NCBI RefSeq assembly: GCF_009734345.1
Contig: NZ_CP032551.1
Location: 2,280,001-2,312,000 of the forward strand
Direction: 5' to 3'
Origin: Pseudidiomarina andamanensis
GTDB lineage: Bacteria; Pseudomonadota; Gammaproteobacteria; Enterobacterales; Alteromonadaceae
DNA: 32,000 nt
The notes under the pieces are model-generated. The model searched no databases. It had not been told where the DNA came from and worked only from the letters and a program-made list of their open reading frames with translations. The position numbers and the translations under genes are program-made. The stretch's first letter is position 1. Each line of letters opens with the position of its first letter. This document shows, piece after piece, positions 1 through 8,606 of the stretch.

Positions 1-50
1 TTAGCGAGCAGGGCGGCCACGCCGGTGAGTAGTAAAGCCTGAATACGCAT
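1..50 (-). CDS. First 16 codons of a secreted or membrane protein gene that continues past the window edge (partial)
   Basis: The reverse strand reads GGAG-aattt-ATG CGT ATT CAG GCT TTA CTA CTC ACC GGC GTG GCC GCC CTG CTC GCT, giving MRIQALLLTGVAALLA. This is signal-peptide-like and has a Shine-Dalgarno 5 nt upstream. It is too short for a functional call. Confidence 0.35.
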   Translation of the reverse strand, partial: MRIQALLLTGVAALLA

Positions 51-68
51 AAATTCTCCTTGATTAAA

Positions 69-240
69 CGTTATTCGTTATTCGTTAATCGTTATTCGTT
101 AATCGTTATTCGTTAGTTTGGCTCGCTCGATAAATTAAATACGAATTAGCTCACTTCTGTGTGTGCTATTTTTTGTGTTTCGTGTTTCGTGTTTCGTGTT
201 TTTGCTTTTTCGAATAACGAATAACCAATAACGATTAACG
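69..240 (+). repeat. 7-mer-armed palindromic intergenic element, copy 1 (long form, core forward)
   Basis: Left arm 69-115 is CGTTATT CGTTATT CGTTAAT CGTTATT CGTTAAT CGTTATT CGTTA. The core has a GGCTCGCTCG box (120-129), a CTCACTTCTGTGTG box (150-163) and an internal (GTGTTTC)x3 repeat (175-195). Right arm 211-240 is CGAATAA CGAATAA CCAATAA CGATTAA CG, the reverse complement of the left-arm unit. Confidence 0.9.
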
Positions 241-258
241 CATTGTAGCCTTTCTCAT

Positions 259-279
259 ATTAATTTATATTGAATTAAT
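259..279. promoter_or_regulatory. Possible LysR-type operator: ATTAATT-N7-AATTAAT palindrome (T-N11-A class)
   Basis: Perfect 7-bp inverted arms separated by 7 nt lie about 55 nt upstream of the LysR ATG and just before a TTGACT hexamer (281-286). The site is AT-rich, so chance occurrence is possible. Confidence 0.3.
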
Positions 280-334
280 CTTGACTACATATTCAGATAA
301 ACTTAATAAGATAGTGCCTTATGGATTGTGCCTT

Positions 335-1207
335 ATGAAAATACAGCAGCTACAAATGCTCAATGCGTTGAGTGAAACCGGCACATTGCAAGGAGCCGCT
401 GAGCAGCTACACCGAACGCAAGCTGCTGTCAGTATGGCACTTAAAAAGCTTGAGGACGAGGCAGGTTTTCCGCTATTTGACCGTGATGGTTATCGTTTGA
501 AGCTCACCGCTTTTGGCGAACAGTTTCTGCGACAGGCGCGAGAGGTACTCAGGCAACAGCAACGGCTTCAAAGTTTGACGCAACAACTGCGCGAAGGAGC
601 CGAGCCGCTGCTGCGCATTTCCTATGATCATACCTGTGCTCCGGCGAGTTTATTTAAGGCAATGCGCGCCGTGCAAGAGCGTTATCCGGCAACCGATTTA
701 TTACTCAATGGCGAAGCACAACTTCGTTCGTTGCGTGCCGTACGCGAAGGGGAAGCCGATTTGGCATTAACGCCATGGCTGCCAGTGTTTCGTCAACATG
801 GCGACTTTGAAACCAAACTCGTGCGGCCCTTTGAACTGTTAGTGGCAATGTCGCCTAGTTTAGCCGCCAAATATGGTTTGCCTAAACAACGCCGAGACTT
901 ACTCGATATCCCCATGCTCATGCCGCAAAATCAAGATGTCGGTATTAACCTCGATAGAATGATTCGGATGCCGGGGCAACAGCGCATACGCGTGAATGAC
1001 TCCATTGCACAACGTGAACTTCTTGTCGCTGGAATGGGGTGGGGCATTGTGCCTGGCGATATTATTGTGGATGAGCTGGCGCGCGGCGATCTGATTCGCA
1101 TCGACATTCCAGATTTCATTAATCAGGTTCATTTAGAGGTGCATTTGGTGCGTTCAGCAGAGCGAATCGCCGGCCCCGCCGCCCAAATAATTTGGGACCA
1201 CTTTTGA
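335..1207 (+). CDS. LysR-family transcriptional regulator
   Basis: The N-terminal HTH MKIQQLQMLNALSETGTLQGAAEQLHRTQAAVSMALKKLE is typical of LTTRs, followed by a C-terminal substrate-binding-like domain. I place the start at the ATG at 335 rather than the TTG at 281 in the ORF track, because LTTR HTH domains begin within a few residues of Met. Confidence 0.9.
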   Translation: MKIQQLQMLNALSETGTLQGAAEQLHRTQAAVSMALKKLEDEAGFPLFDRDGYRLKLTAFGEQFLRQAREVLRQQQRLQSLTQQLREGAEPLLRISYDHTCAPASLFKAMRAVQERYPATDLLLNGEAQLRSLRAVREGEADLALTPWLPVFRQHGDFETKLVRPFELLVAMSPSLAAKYGLPKQRRDLLDIPMLMPQNQDVGINLDRMIRMPGQQRIRVNDSIAQRELLVAGMGWGIVPGDIIVDELARGDLIRIDIPDFINQVHLEVHLVRSAERIAGPAAQIIWDHF

Positions 1208-1211
1208 AGAG

Positions 1212-1363
1212 CGTTGTTCGTTATTCGTTAGTCGTTATTCGAAAAGCTAAACACGAAACACAAAGGCTAGCGCACAGAAAAACGAGTAAACTTGAATCAG
1301 AGCTATCGAGCGAGCCAAATTCACGAGTAACCAATAACGATTAACGAAAAACGAATAACGAAG
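1212..1363 (-). repeat. 7-mer-armed palindromic intergenic element, copy 2 (long form, core inverted)
   Basis: Left arm 1212-1241 is CGTTGTT CGTTATT CGTTAGT CGTTATT CG. The core is the reverse complement of the copy 1/3 core (AGCGCACAGAAAAACGAG ... TATCGAGCGAGCC). Right arm 1324-1363 is CGAGTAA CCAATAA CGATTAA CGAAAAA CGAATAA CGAAG. The element fills the convergent gap from 4 nt after the LysR stop to 0 nt from the next gene's stop. Confidence 0.9.
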
Positions 1364-1678
1364 TTAAACGAGTTTCTTCCAGATTAAACGCGGCTTCGGC
1401 TCTGGAATATAAATAGCGTAACCGAATTGTGTTCGAAGCTCCGTACCGCTGTTTTGCAAACTCAATAGAGATTCGCTTTTAATATCACTTGCGGTTTCGT
1501 TGCGAATGTCATTGCGCGCAACATCAACACTATGATCCCAGCTACCGACGGCGCGCTCTGCAGAATAAACAAAGCGATACACTTGCATATTAGCTGATTC
1601 AACAGATTCAGCTGCGACAGGTGCTGCAGATGTTATTGCTGCAGCTAAAAAAAGACCTTTCAAAATGGATGTGTTCAT
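1364..1678 (-). CDS. Small secreted hypothetical protein (about 104 aa)
   Basis: The ORF has a Sec-type signal peptide MNTSILKGLFLAAAITSAAPVAA and a GGGGGA Shine-Dalgarno upstream of the ATG at 1678. I recognise no family. It is flanked on both sides by element copies. Confidence 0.55.
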   Translation of the reverse strand: MNTSILKGLFLAAAITSAAPVAAESVESANMQVYRFVYSAERAVGSWDHSVDVARNDIRNETASDIKSESLLSLQNSGTELRTQFGYAIYIPEPKPRLIWKKLV

Positions 1679-1755
1679 GACTAATCCCCCCACGAGATGT
1701 CATGTATTAAGATAGTCTAAAACTGTGAAAGGTTTATGTCACAATTGTAAATAAT

Positions 1756-1891
1756 CGTTACTGGTTGTTCGTTATTGGTTATTCGTGTGCTTGGCTCTCT
1801 GGATAGATTAAATACGAATTAGCTCACTTCTGTGTGCGTTAGCTTTGGTGTTTCGTGTTTCGCTTTTTCGAATAACGAATAACGAATAACG
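1756..1891 (+). repeat. 7-mer-armed palindromic intergenic element, copy 3 (long form, core forward)
   Basis: Left arm 1756-1785 is CGTTACT GGTTGTT CGTTATT GGTTATT CG. A 30-nt core stretch at 1807-1836 (ATTAAATACGAATTAGCTCACTTCTGTGTG) is identical to copy 1 positions 134-163. Right arm 1869-1891 is CGAATAA x3 plus CG, followed by TTTTT. Confidence 0.9.
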
Positions 1892-1950
1892 TTTTTGCAC
1901 TTCATTCACAGCTTTTATCGCAAAGATTGATGCATATATCCTCTTATGAA

Positions 1951-1979
1951 TTTAATTCAGCCACAAAACCTCGTATAAT
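1951..1979 (+). promoter_or_regulatory. Putative sigma70 promoter for acnB
   Basis: There is a perfect TATAAT at 1974-1979 and a weak -35 TTTAAT at 1951-1956 with a 17-nt spacer. It lies inside the upstream extension of the ORF-track acnB ORF, which supports the downstream GTG start. Confidence 0.35.
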
Positions 1980-2019
1980 TCCGCGCACTTTTAAACCGCA
2001 ACAGCAAAAGGGGTACCCA

Positions 2020-4608
2020 GTGCTGCAAGAATATCGTAAGCATGTCGAAGAGCGGGCCGCAGAAGGCATTCCGCCAAAACCACTGACAGCAGAGCAAGTT
2101 GCTGATTTAGTAGAATTATTGAAGAACCCACCAGCCGGTGAAGAAGATTTCTTGGTTGAGCTCATTTCTGAGCGCGTTCCTCCTGGCGTTGACGAAGCGG
2201 CGTACGTTAAAGCAGGCTTCTTGTCAGCCATCGTCAAAGGCGAAACCAGCAGCCCAGTTATTAGCAAAGATGCCGCGGTATCATTGCTTGGTAACATGCA
2301 TGGCGGTTACAACATCGTGACATTGGTAGAGCTATTAGATGACGCAGAACTAGGCGAGCTAGCTGCGGCAGAATTAAAGCACACGTTGTTGATGTTTGAT
2401 GCCTTCCACGACGTGGAAGAGAAAATGAAAAACGGCAATGCGTTGGCGAAAGAAGTCATTGAATCATGGGCTGATGCCGAGTGGTTCACAAGCCGTGACG
2501 AAATGCCTGAAGCCATTAAAGCGACCGTATTTAAAGTAACAGGCGAAACCAACACGGACGATTTGTCACCAGCACCAGATGCATGGTCGCGTCCAGATAT
2601 TCCTTTGCACGCCAAAGCCATGTACAAAATGCCTCGCGAAGGCGTGACTGATGCGGCGAAGCAAATTGAAGAGCTGAAGCAAAAAGGTCACCCAGTAGCG
2701 TTCGTCGGTGACGTTGTTGGTACCGGTTCATCACGTAAGTCAGCGACGAACTCAGTACTTTGGTTCATCGGCGAAGACATGCCAGGCACGCCAAACAAGC
2801 GCGCTGGCGGTATTTGTATTGGTGGCAAAGTTGCACCAATCTTCTTCAACACCATGAAAGACGCAGGCGCGTTGGTGTTTGAAGCTGACGTTGAAAAAAT
2901 GAACATGGGTGATGTGATCACCATTTACCCATATGCCGGCAAAATTGAAAATGAAGCGGGCGACATTATCGCTGAGTACGACTACGCATCACGCGTGATT
3001 CTTGATGAAGTTCGTGCTGGCGGTCGTATTAACCTGATCATCGGTCGTGGTTTGACTGAAAAAGCGCGCGAATCTTTAGGAATGGGTCCATCTGATCTGT
3101 TCTTGAAGCCCGAGCAACCAGCAGATACTGGCAAAGGTTATACCTTAGCGCAGAAGATGGTTGGTAAAGCTTGTGGTATGGAAGGCGTGCGTCCTGGTAC
3201 TTATTGCGAACCGAAAATGACGACTGTTGGTTCACAAGATACCACCGGACCAATGACCCGTGACGAGTTGAAAGACTTAGCATGTTTAGGCTTTACCGCT
3301 GATTTGACCATGCAGTCATTCTGTCACACGGCAGCTTATCCGAAGCCAGTGGATATTGAAACTCAGCATACGTTGCCTGACTTCATTATGAACCGTGGTG
3401 GTGTTAGCTTGCGTCCAGGCGACGGTATCATCCACAGCTGGTTGAACCGTATGTTGTTACCAGACACCGTTGGTACTGGTGGTGACTCACACACCCGTTT
3501 CCCATTGGGTATTTCATTCCCAGCGGGTTCAGGCTTAGTCGCTTTCGCAGCAGCCACTGGTGTGATGCCGCTGGATATGCCTGAATCAGTTTTGGTGCGC
3601 TTCAAAGGCGAAATGCAGCCAGGTATTACATTACGTGACTTAGTACACGCCATTCCTGCGTTCGCAATCAAAGAAGGCTTACTAACTGTTGAAAAACGCG
3701 GTAAGAAGAACATCTTCTCTGGTCGCATTCTTGAAATTGAAGGTTTAGATCACTTAACGGTTGAGCAAGCGTTCGAATTATCAGACGCGTCAGCAGAGCG
3801 TTCAGCTGCAGGTTGTACCATCAACTTGTCAGAAGAGTCTGTTGCTGAGTACTTGCGTTCAAACATCACTATGTTGCGTTGGATGATCAACGAAGGCTAC
3901 GGTGATTCACGTACGCTTGAGCGTCGTGCGCGTAAGATGGAAGAGTGGTTAGCGAACCCGCAATTAATGCGTGCTGATGCTGACGCCGAATACACGGCAG
4001 TGATTGAAATTGATTTGGCAGATATCAAAGAGCCAATCGTTTGTTGCCCGAACGACCCAGACGATGCGAAATTCTTAAGCGAAGTTGCTGGCGATAAAGT
4101 TGACGAAGTGTTCATTGGTTCATGTATGACCAACATCGGTCATTTCCGTGCCGCCGGTAAGTTACTTGAGAAGAACACCCAAGAGCTGAACACGCGTTTG
4201 TGGATTGCACCACCAACGAAGATGGACGAAGCGCAGTTACGTGAAGAAGGTTACTACAACATCTATGCGAACAACGGCGTACGTACTGAAATGCCAGGCT
4301 GTTCACTGTGTATGGGTAACCAAGCACGTGTCGAGGCAGGCACAACGGTGTTGTCGACTTCAACGCGTAACTTCCCGAATCGTTTAGGTGATGGTGCCAA
4401 CGTGTACTTAACTTCAGCGGAATTAGCTGCGGTAGGCGCTATCTTAGGCAAATTGCCAACGCCTGCAGAGTACATGGAATACGCACAAGACATTAACGCC
4501 ATGGCTGGCGAAGTTTACAAGTACTTGAACTTCGATCAGATGGACGCTTTCCGCGAGGCAGAAGCCGCCGCCAAAGCCAACATCATCCCAACCATTAACG
4601 TAGCGTAA
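2020..4608 (+). CDS. acnB: Aconitate hydratase B / 2-methylisocitrate dehydratase (bifunctional aconitase AcnB)
   Basis: The protein is collinear over its full length with E. coli AcnB as I remember it ([111 protein letters not shown]). The E. coli protein begins at MLEEYRKH, so I start at the GTG at 2020 (VLQEYRKH), which has an AAAAGGGG Shine-Dalgarno. The 1927 start in the ORF track is probably an artefactual extension. Confidence 0.95.
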   Translation: MLQEYRKHVEERAAEGIPPKPLTAEQVADLVELLKNPPAGEEDFLVELISERVPPGVDEAAYVKAGFLSAIVKGETSSPVISKDAAVSLLGNMHGGYNIVTLVELLDDAELGELAAAELKHTLLMFDAFHDVEEKMKNGNALAKEVIESWADAEWFTSRDEMPEAIKATVFKVTGETNTDDLSPAPDAWSRPDIPLHAKAMYKMPREGVTDAAKQIEELKQKGHPVAFVGDVVGTGSSRKSATNSVLWFIGEDMPGTPNKRAGGICIGGKVAPIFFNTMKDAGALVFEADVEKMNMGDVITIYPYAGKIENEAGDIIAEYDYASRVILDEVRAGGRINLIIGRGLTEKARESLGMGPSDLFLKPEQPADTGKGYTLAQKMVGKACGMEGVRPGTYCEPKMTTVGSQDTTGPMTRDELKDLACLGFTADLTMQSFCHTAAYPKPVDIETQHTLPDFIMNRGGVSLRPGDGIIHSWLNRMLLPDTVGTGGDSHTRFPLGISFPAGSGLVAFAAATGVMPLDMPESVLVRFKGEMQPGITLRDLVHAIPAFAIKEGLLTVEKRGKKNIFSGRILEIEGLDHLTVEQAFELSDASAERSAAGCTINLSEESVAEYLRSNITMLRWMINEGYGDSRTLERRARKMEEWLANPQLMRADADAEYTAVIEIDLADIKEPIVCCPNDPDDAKFLSEVAGDKVDEVFIGSCMTNIGHFRAAGKLLEKNTQELNTRLWIAPPTKMDEAQLREEGYYNIYANNGVRTEMPGCSLCMGNQARVEAGTTVLSTSTRNFPNRLGDGANVYLTSAELAAVGAILGKLPTPAEYMEYAQDINAMAGEVYKYLNFDQMDAFREAEAAAKANIIPTINVA

Positions 4609-4630
4609 TGTTAACGTAGCATAACGTTAG
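4595..4630 (+). repeat. 16-nt tandem duplication spanning the acnB stop codon
   Basis: TTAACGTAGCGTAATG (4595-4610) is followed by TTAACGTAGCATAACG (4611-4626) and then TTAG. The two full units differ at 2 positions. The second unit re-encodes N-V-A-stop in a shifted frame. Confidence 0.6.
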
Positions 4631-4635
4631 TCTTG

Positions 4636-4667
4636 AAAAGGAGCTCTCCCCGAGCTCCTTTTTTTTC
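4636..4667 (+). terminator. Rho-independent terminator after acnB
   Basis: The stem GGAGCTC (4640-4646) pairs with GAGCTCC (4652-4658) around a 5-nt loop. An A-tract precedes the stem and T8 follows it. Confidence 0.8.
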
Positions 4668-4708
4668 TCAAAAATTTCAACCCCTTAAACAAAAGTTATA
4701 AATTTCGC

Positions 4709-4736
4709 TTGCCATAACTCAATCTTTGCATAATCT
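4709..4736 (+). promoter_or_regulatory. Putative sigma70 promoter for the lipoprotein operon
   Basis: TTGCCA (4709-4714), a 16-nt spacer and TAATCT (4731-4736) lie about 70 nt upstream of the first lipoprotein ATG. This is a sequence match only. Confidence 0.3.
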
Positions 4737-4806
4737 TAACGTTAGCTGTTCGTTCAGCGATAAGATGTAAAACAACAACAATAATTTCAGCTCACGGAGA
4801 GCTCCC

Positions 4807-5334
4807 ATGAATAAGATTAAACTCGCCATCGTGGCACTTACCGCCCTTGTTTTAAGCGCTTGCGCAATGGGGCCACAACTTGCTCAGCCTTACCAATTAA
4901 CCGCACCTCCAGCCATTCAAGATAATAGTGGCGAATACATGAGCCCTTATACATCAGACGGCGTTCTAGCCGAATGGGTCAACAATGCCCGTAATGCAGA
5001 AATGGGGGCCGCAATTGGTGGTATGGCAGGCGCATATGCTGGGCAAAAACTTGCCGAAAACATCCCATTTATTGGTGGTTGGTTAGGTCAAGAAATTGGT
5101 AATACTGTCGGACGCGAAATCGCACTAGAAATGGCCGGTGGCGAAGAAGTTATTCGCGGTACTTCTGATATTTCATTTAATAGCCTAGAAGAGTTATCTG
5201 TGTGGATGTACGTGACCCATTCAGCGCACCCTCATTATCAAGATGCGCTGGAATCAGTCATGTCGATATACCCAGAGATGAAAACCGCATATACCCAGGC
5301 GCTGTATCAAGCGTCGGCACAAGCTGGTTTTTAA
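4807..5334 (+). CDS. Lipoprotein with a glycine-zipper segment, function unknown
   Basis: The signal peptide has a lipobox (LVLSAC). The Gly-zipper-like stretch is GAAIGGMAGAYAGQKLAENIPFIGGWLGQEIG. A GGAGA Shine-Dalgarno precedes the ATG. Confidence 0.75.
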   Translation: MNKIKLAIVALTALVLSACAMGPQLAQPYQLTAPPAIQDNSGEYMSPYTSDGVLAEWVNNARNAEMGAAIGGMAGAYAGQKLAENIPFIGGWLGQEIGNTVGREIALEMAGGEEVIRGTSDISFNSLEELSVWMYVTHSAHPHYQDALESVMSIYPEMKTAYTQALYQASAQAGF

Positions 5335-5368
5335 TCACACATTAGCTATTTAGAAAAAGGCATTTGTT

Positions 5369-6001
5369 ATGAAATATCTTGTCATGACAGCGGCGTTAGC
5401 AAGCACAATGGTGCTTGCCGGCTGCTCTAGCACTACTATTGATAATAGCGCTGGCCGCGCAACCGTTTATGAAGATGCACGCTCACCTGGCAAAGTTCAG
5501 GGCGTTGGCGTTGAATCGCAGGACATCATGGCTGTTACCGACCAAATGATGCGCGATATGTTGAGTAATCCTCAGCTTGTCAGTCGCGAAGTTGCACCTC
5601 GAATCATTATTGATAGCCAGTACTTCACCAACGAAAGTTCATCTCGCATCAACAAAAACATGCTCACCGATCGTTTACGTATCAATTTAAACCGTGCCTC
5701 AAATGGCCGTTTAGTTTTCGTCGGTCGTGAATATGCCGACATGGTAGAAAAAGAGCGTGAACTGAAACGCATGGGCGTTGTTGACGGTGGCACGATTCGT
5801 ACCACCCAAGCAACAGCTGGCGCTGATTATCGTTTAGTGGGTCGCATCATGTCACTTGATGCCATGGACACACGTAGCCAAGAACGTTCTCGGTATCATC
5901 AAATCACCTTTGAATTAGTTGACCTTGAACTCGGAACCTATGTCTGGAGTGGCATGTATGAATTCCAAAAAACTGCACAAGACGACGTTATCTATCGCTA
6001 G
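5369..6001 (+). CDS. LpoB/YcfM-like (COG3417-type) outer-membrane lipoprotein
   Basis: The lipobox is VLAGCSS. The length (about 200 aa) and C-terminal pattern (ADYRLVGRIMSLD ... YHQITFELVDLELGTYVWSG) resemble the penicillin-binding-protein-activator LpoB-like family. The assignment is from memory of the family, not a search. Confidence 0.65.
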   Translation: MKYLVMTAALASTMVLAGCSSTTIDNSAGRATVYEDARSPGKVQGVGVESQDIMAVTDQMMRDMLSNPQLVSREVAPRIIIDSQYFTNESSSRINKNMLTDRLRINLNRASNGRLVFVGREYADMVEKERELKRMGVVDGGTIRTTQATAGADYRLVGRIMSLDAMDTRSQERSRYHQITFELVDLELGTYVWSGMYEFQKTAQDDVIYR

Positions 6002-7190
6002 TGCAGCGTTGGTATTGGCGTTGGCAGGGTGTACCAGCACCGGCCCGACGCAATACCAGCCATTAGCACTGAATGCGCAAGAACAAGACGCGGTTACGGA
6101 TAAGCCGGCTTATTTACAGCCGCTTTATCGAAAACTGTTTGAAGAAGGGAAGCGCAACGAAGTTTTAAACCGAATGGAGATTGGTACAGCTGCGTTTTAT
6201 CGAGGTGACCTTGATTTAGCGCGTGAAAACTTTGATGCGGCGTTGGAAACCATTGAAACAGTGTATGCAGATAACGAAGCGGCAACGCAAGCTCGTAGTC
6301 TGTGGCACGAAGAGGGCCGTAAAGACTTTAAAGGTGAGCCTTACGAACGTGCTATGGCGTATTACTATCGCGGTGTGATTTATCTCATTGATGGTGAATA
6401 CGATAACGCCCGTGCCAGTTTTGTCAGTGGTTTAATGCAAGATGCGTTTGCTGAAGAAGAGCAAAACCGGAGTGACTTTGCGGTAATGATGTTATTAGCG
6501 GGCTGGTCGGCTCAGAAAATGGGTAGCCCAGTATTGGCTGAAGAAGCTTATGATGAGCTTCGCGCATTACGTCCTGATTTCCCTATCCCATCTGCTGATG
6601 ACAATGTGCTGATCTTAGCTGAAACCGGCTTCTCACCGCGGAAGTTAGCCGATGGCATGGGGCATTACGAATTGGTTTTCCGCCCAGGTAAAAACTTCAA
6701 AGAAAAGCATGTTGTATTGAATACCGGTGCAGAGCAATTTGAACTCGCACCTGTTGAAAGCGTTTATTGGCAAGCGACGTCACGTGGTGGTCGTCCTGTT
6801 GATGCCATTATTGAAGGAAAGGCTGCATTTGCGAATACCACCGCCGATTTAGGTCGTGATTTAGCCCAACTTGGCGTAACTGCGCGAGTATTTTCGCCAG
6901 CACTTGGTGGTAGTAGTGGTCAAGTGGGTAATACATTAGCACTGATTGGTGTGGCCAGCATGGCATTATCAGCCAATGTTAAACCGCGAGCAGATATCCG
7001 TTATTGGTCGCGCTTGCCTGATGCAGTGCATACCTCAACCATGCGCGCAAACGTTGCAGATGTATCCCAATGGCAAGCGTCTTACACCGATATTGACGGT
7101 AATCCGGTTAGCTTGAAATCAGGTGTGTTTCGACATTACCAAGATTCTCAAGGAAACCATGTGATTTGGCATAGTTCACGGGCTCGATAA
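5958..7190 (+). CDS. Lipoprotein with an N-terminal TPR-like helical region, function unknown
   Basis: The ATG at 5958 gives MNSKKLHKTTLSIASAALVLALAGCTS, a classical lipobox. It overlaps the 3' end of the upstream gene by 44 nt. The helical repeat-like segments are AFYRGDLDLARENFDAAL and YYYRGVIYLIDGEYDNARASF. Confidence 0.7.
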   Translation: MNSKKLHKTTLSIASAALVLALAGCTSTGPTQYQPLALNAQEQDAVTDKPAYLQPLYRKLFEEGKRNEVLNRMEIGTAAFYRGDLDLARENFDAALETIETVYADNEAATQARSLWHEEGRKDFKGEPYERAMAYYYRGVIYLIDGEYDNARASFVSGLMQDAFAEEEQNRSDFAVMMLLAGWSAQKMGSPVLAEEAYDELRALRPDFPIPSADDNVLILAETGFSPRKLADGMGHYELVFRPGKNFKEKHVVLNTGAEQFELAPVESVYWQATSRGGRPVDAIIEGKAAFANTTADLGRDLAQLGVTARVFSPALGGSSGQVGNTLALIGVASMALSANVKPRADIRYWSRLPDAVHTSTMRANVADVSQWQASYTDIDGNPVSLKSGVFRHYQDSQGNHVIWHSSRAR

Positions 7191-7210
7191 GAACAATAAG
7201 GAACCCAAAC

Positions 7211-7675
7211 ATGAAACGTACGTTATTTATTATTGCTGCTGGTTTAACGTTAACACTAGCCGGCTGTGGAAGCACACAGAATGGTTACAGTGGCGCACAT
7301 CCAGTGCAACGCACAACAACCAATGAGCTCAATACAATTGTATTTATTGATCACAACCTCAATCGTACCGATATCACGAAAACGTTCATGGGCGAAAAAG
7401 TCCGTGATACCGTGAAAGTGACACTTGATCGCAGTGGTATGAGTAACACCGCCACCGGCCAGCTTGAGGTTTGGACAATGATCCGTAACCGTACGGATTA
7501 TGATCTGCAAATTGAAGGCAAGGCGTTGTTTTTTGATGCAAATCAAACACCATTAATGGATGAATCAATGTGGCGTCGCGTCTATGTTCCCGCCAATGGA
7601 ACAGCGATTTACAAAGAAACATCGTTAAATGATCGCGCAGAGTACTTCTTAGTAGAATTAAGAGAAGGTCGATAA
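7211..7675 (+). CDS. YcfL/DUF1425-like lipoprotein
   Basis: The lipobox is TLAGCGS. The beta-rich C-terminal pattern (LEVWTMIRNRTDYDLQIEGKALFFDANQTPL ... VPANGTAIY ... AEYFLVELR) resembles the YcfL family, which is a genomic neighbour of lpoB in E. coli. Confidence 0.6.
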   Translation: MKRTLFIIAAGLTLTLAGCGSTQNGYSGAHPVQRTTTNELNTIVFIDHNLNRTDITKTFMGEKVRDTVKVTLDRSGMSNTATGQLEVWTMIRNRTDYDLQIEGKALFFDANQTPLMDESMWRRVYVPANGTAIYKETSLNDRAEYFLVELREGR

Positions 7676-7676
7676 T

Positions 7677-8558
7677 ATGAAAGCCGTGCATGTTTATATA
7701 TTTTGTGCGGCTGCCACCTTGTTGGGTAGCAGCCTTGCTTATGGGCAAGATACGCCTGCTCAACCGATGTTGAACGACAGTTATTTTGACCGCGCACGTT
7801 CAGCCGAACAGCAACAAGTGAGTCTTATAACTGTCGATCAGGCCACCTTTAAGGCCGCCTATGAAAAAGCAGGCAAACCCAAACTGGTGATGTTAGTTGG
7901 CGAACCATTCAGTGACATGGTATCTGATTGGCATATGCAGCGTCGGGTGAGTGTGAATGCACAAGCAACTGGTACTGAAGGCACGTTTGTGCCGGAATCG
8001 CAAAGCGTACAAGTGGGCGTTGAGCAGCGTAGTTATGATAATCCTCGTCGCTCAACCATGTTAACCGGAGCGCAATGGGACGAGTATCAACGAGGTTACC
8101 AAAGTACACTGATGCAATACGGTGTGCGTTTAGTGAACCGTGCAGTCGCTATGCGATTGTTAGATTCAGAAATTCGTGCCGAGTCGAAGCGCAATCCGCA
8201 AGATGATAATCAGCGCCTTGAAATGGACATGTTGCGTAAGCACACCAATCTTCTGTTAGAAGTGATGCCGTATCGCGAGAACAAGCTTAACTTTGAGCCT
8301 ATTGGTTATCAAATCACGATGACCTCGCTCGAAGATGCGACCTTGTTGGCGGATGATCGTATTTCGATTCCGCAAGGCGCACTGGAATATCGTGCTGGCG
8401 CCGGTGGCTATAACCTGCAGCGTCCGCGTCAGGTGGCTGGAGTAACCGCTCAGCCTGGCGGCTATGAAGTCATTGAGGAAGAACTTGAGCTTTGGGCTGA
8501 GCAAGGCACACTTGCAGCTCAGGCAACGCTACAAATGCTTTACGATCGCTATTTGTAG
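7677..8558 (+). CDS. Secreted hypothetical protein
   Basis: The ATG lies 1 nt after the upstream TAA (TAATATG), indicating translational coupling. The Sec signal peptide ends at LAYG-QD. I recognise no family. Confidence 0.65.
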   Translation: MKAVHVYIFCAAATLLGSSLAYGQDTPAQPMLNDSYFDRARSAEQQQVSLITVDQATFKAAYEKAGKPKLVMLVGEPFSDMVSDWHMQRRVSVNAQATGTEGTFVPESQSVQVGVEQRSYDNPRRSTMLTGAQWDEYQRGYQSTLMQYGVRLVNRAVAMRLLDSEIRAESKRNPQDDNQRLEMDMLRKHTNLLLEVMPYRENKLNFEPIGYQITMTSLEDATLLADDRISIPQGALEYRAGAGGYNLQRPRQVAGVTAQPGGYEVIEEELELWAEQGTLAAQATLQMLYDRYL

Positions 8559-8564
8559 CGCTAC

Positions 8565-8606
8565 GCTCAAAGGCACAGATAACCGAGGAGTAACTGTGCT
8601 TTGAGC
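8565..8606 (+). promoter_or_regulatory. Hairpin enclosing the ribosome-binding region and start codon of the S41-like gene
   Basis: GCTCAAAGGCACAG (8565-8578) pairs with CTGTGCTTTGAGC (8594-8606), giving 13 bp with one bulged G. The 15-nt loop ATAACCGAGGAGTAA contains the GAGGAG Shine-Dalgarno. The TTG start (8601-8603) is inside the 3' arm. Confidence 0.45.

Noticed and set aside
116-210. Promoter inside the element core
   Set aside because: TTGGCT (118-123) could be a -35, but the hexamers 16-18 nt downstream (ACGAAT, TACGAA) are poor -10 matches. The copy 4 and 7 cores give equally weak candidates. Promoter activity cannot be claimed from sequence.
69-240. CRISPR-array interpretation of the repeated CGTTATT / CGAATAA units
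   Set aside because: The units are only 7 nt and directly contiguous, with no unique spacers. The two blocks are inverted relative to each other, and no cas genes are present. This is a palindromic repeat element, not a CRISPR array.
281-334. Upstream-extended starts in the ORF track (281, 1927, 5919, 11934, 13648, 15219, 21130, 23738, 30377, 31453)
   Set aside because: Alignment to well-known orthologue N-termini, signal-peptide position or Shine-Dalgarno placement favours downstream starts. Several of the extensions use TTG or GTG codons lying in promoters, terminators or upstream genes.
1944-4502. Antisense and out-of-frame ORFs of 60-120 aa inside acnB and other long genes
   Set aside because: All are embedded in strongly supported conserved genes, and their translations are low-complexity or Ser/Ala/Arg-rich. 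They are typical shadow ORFs.
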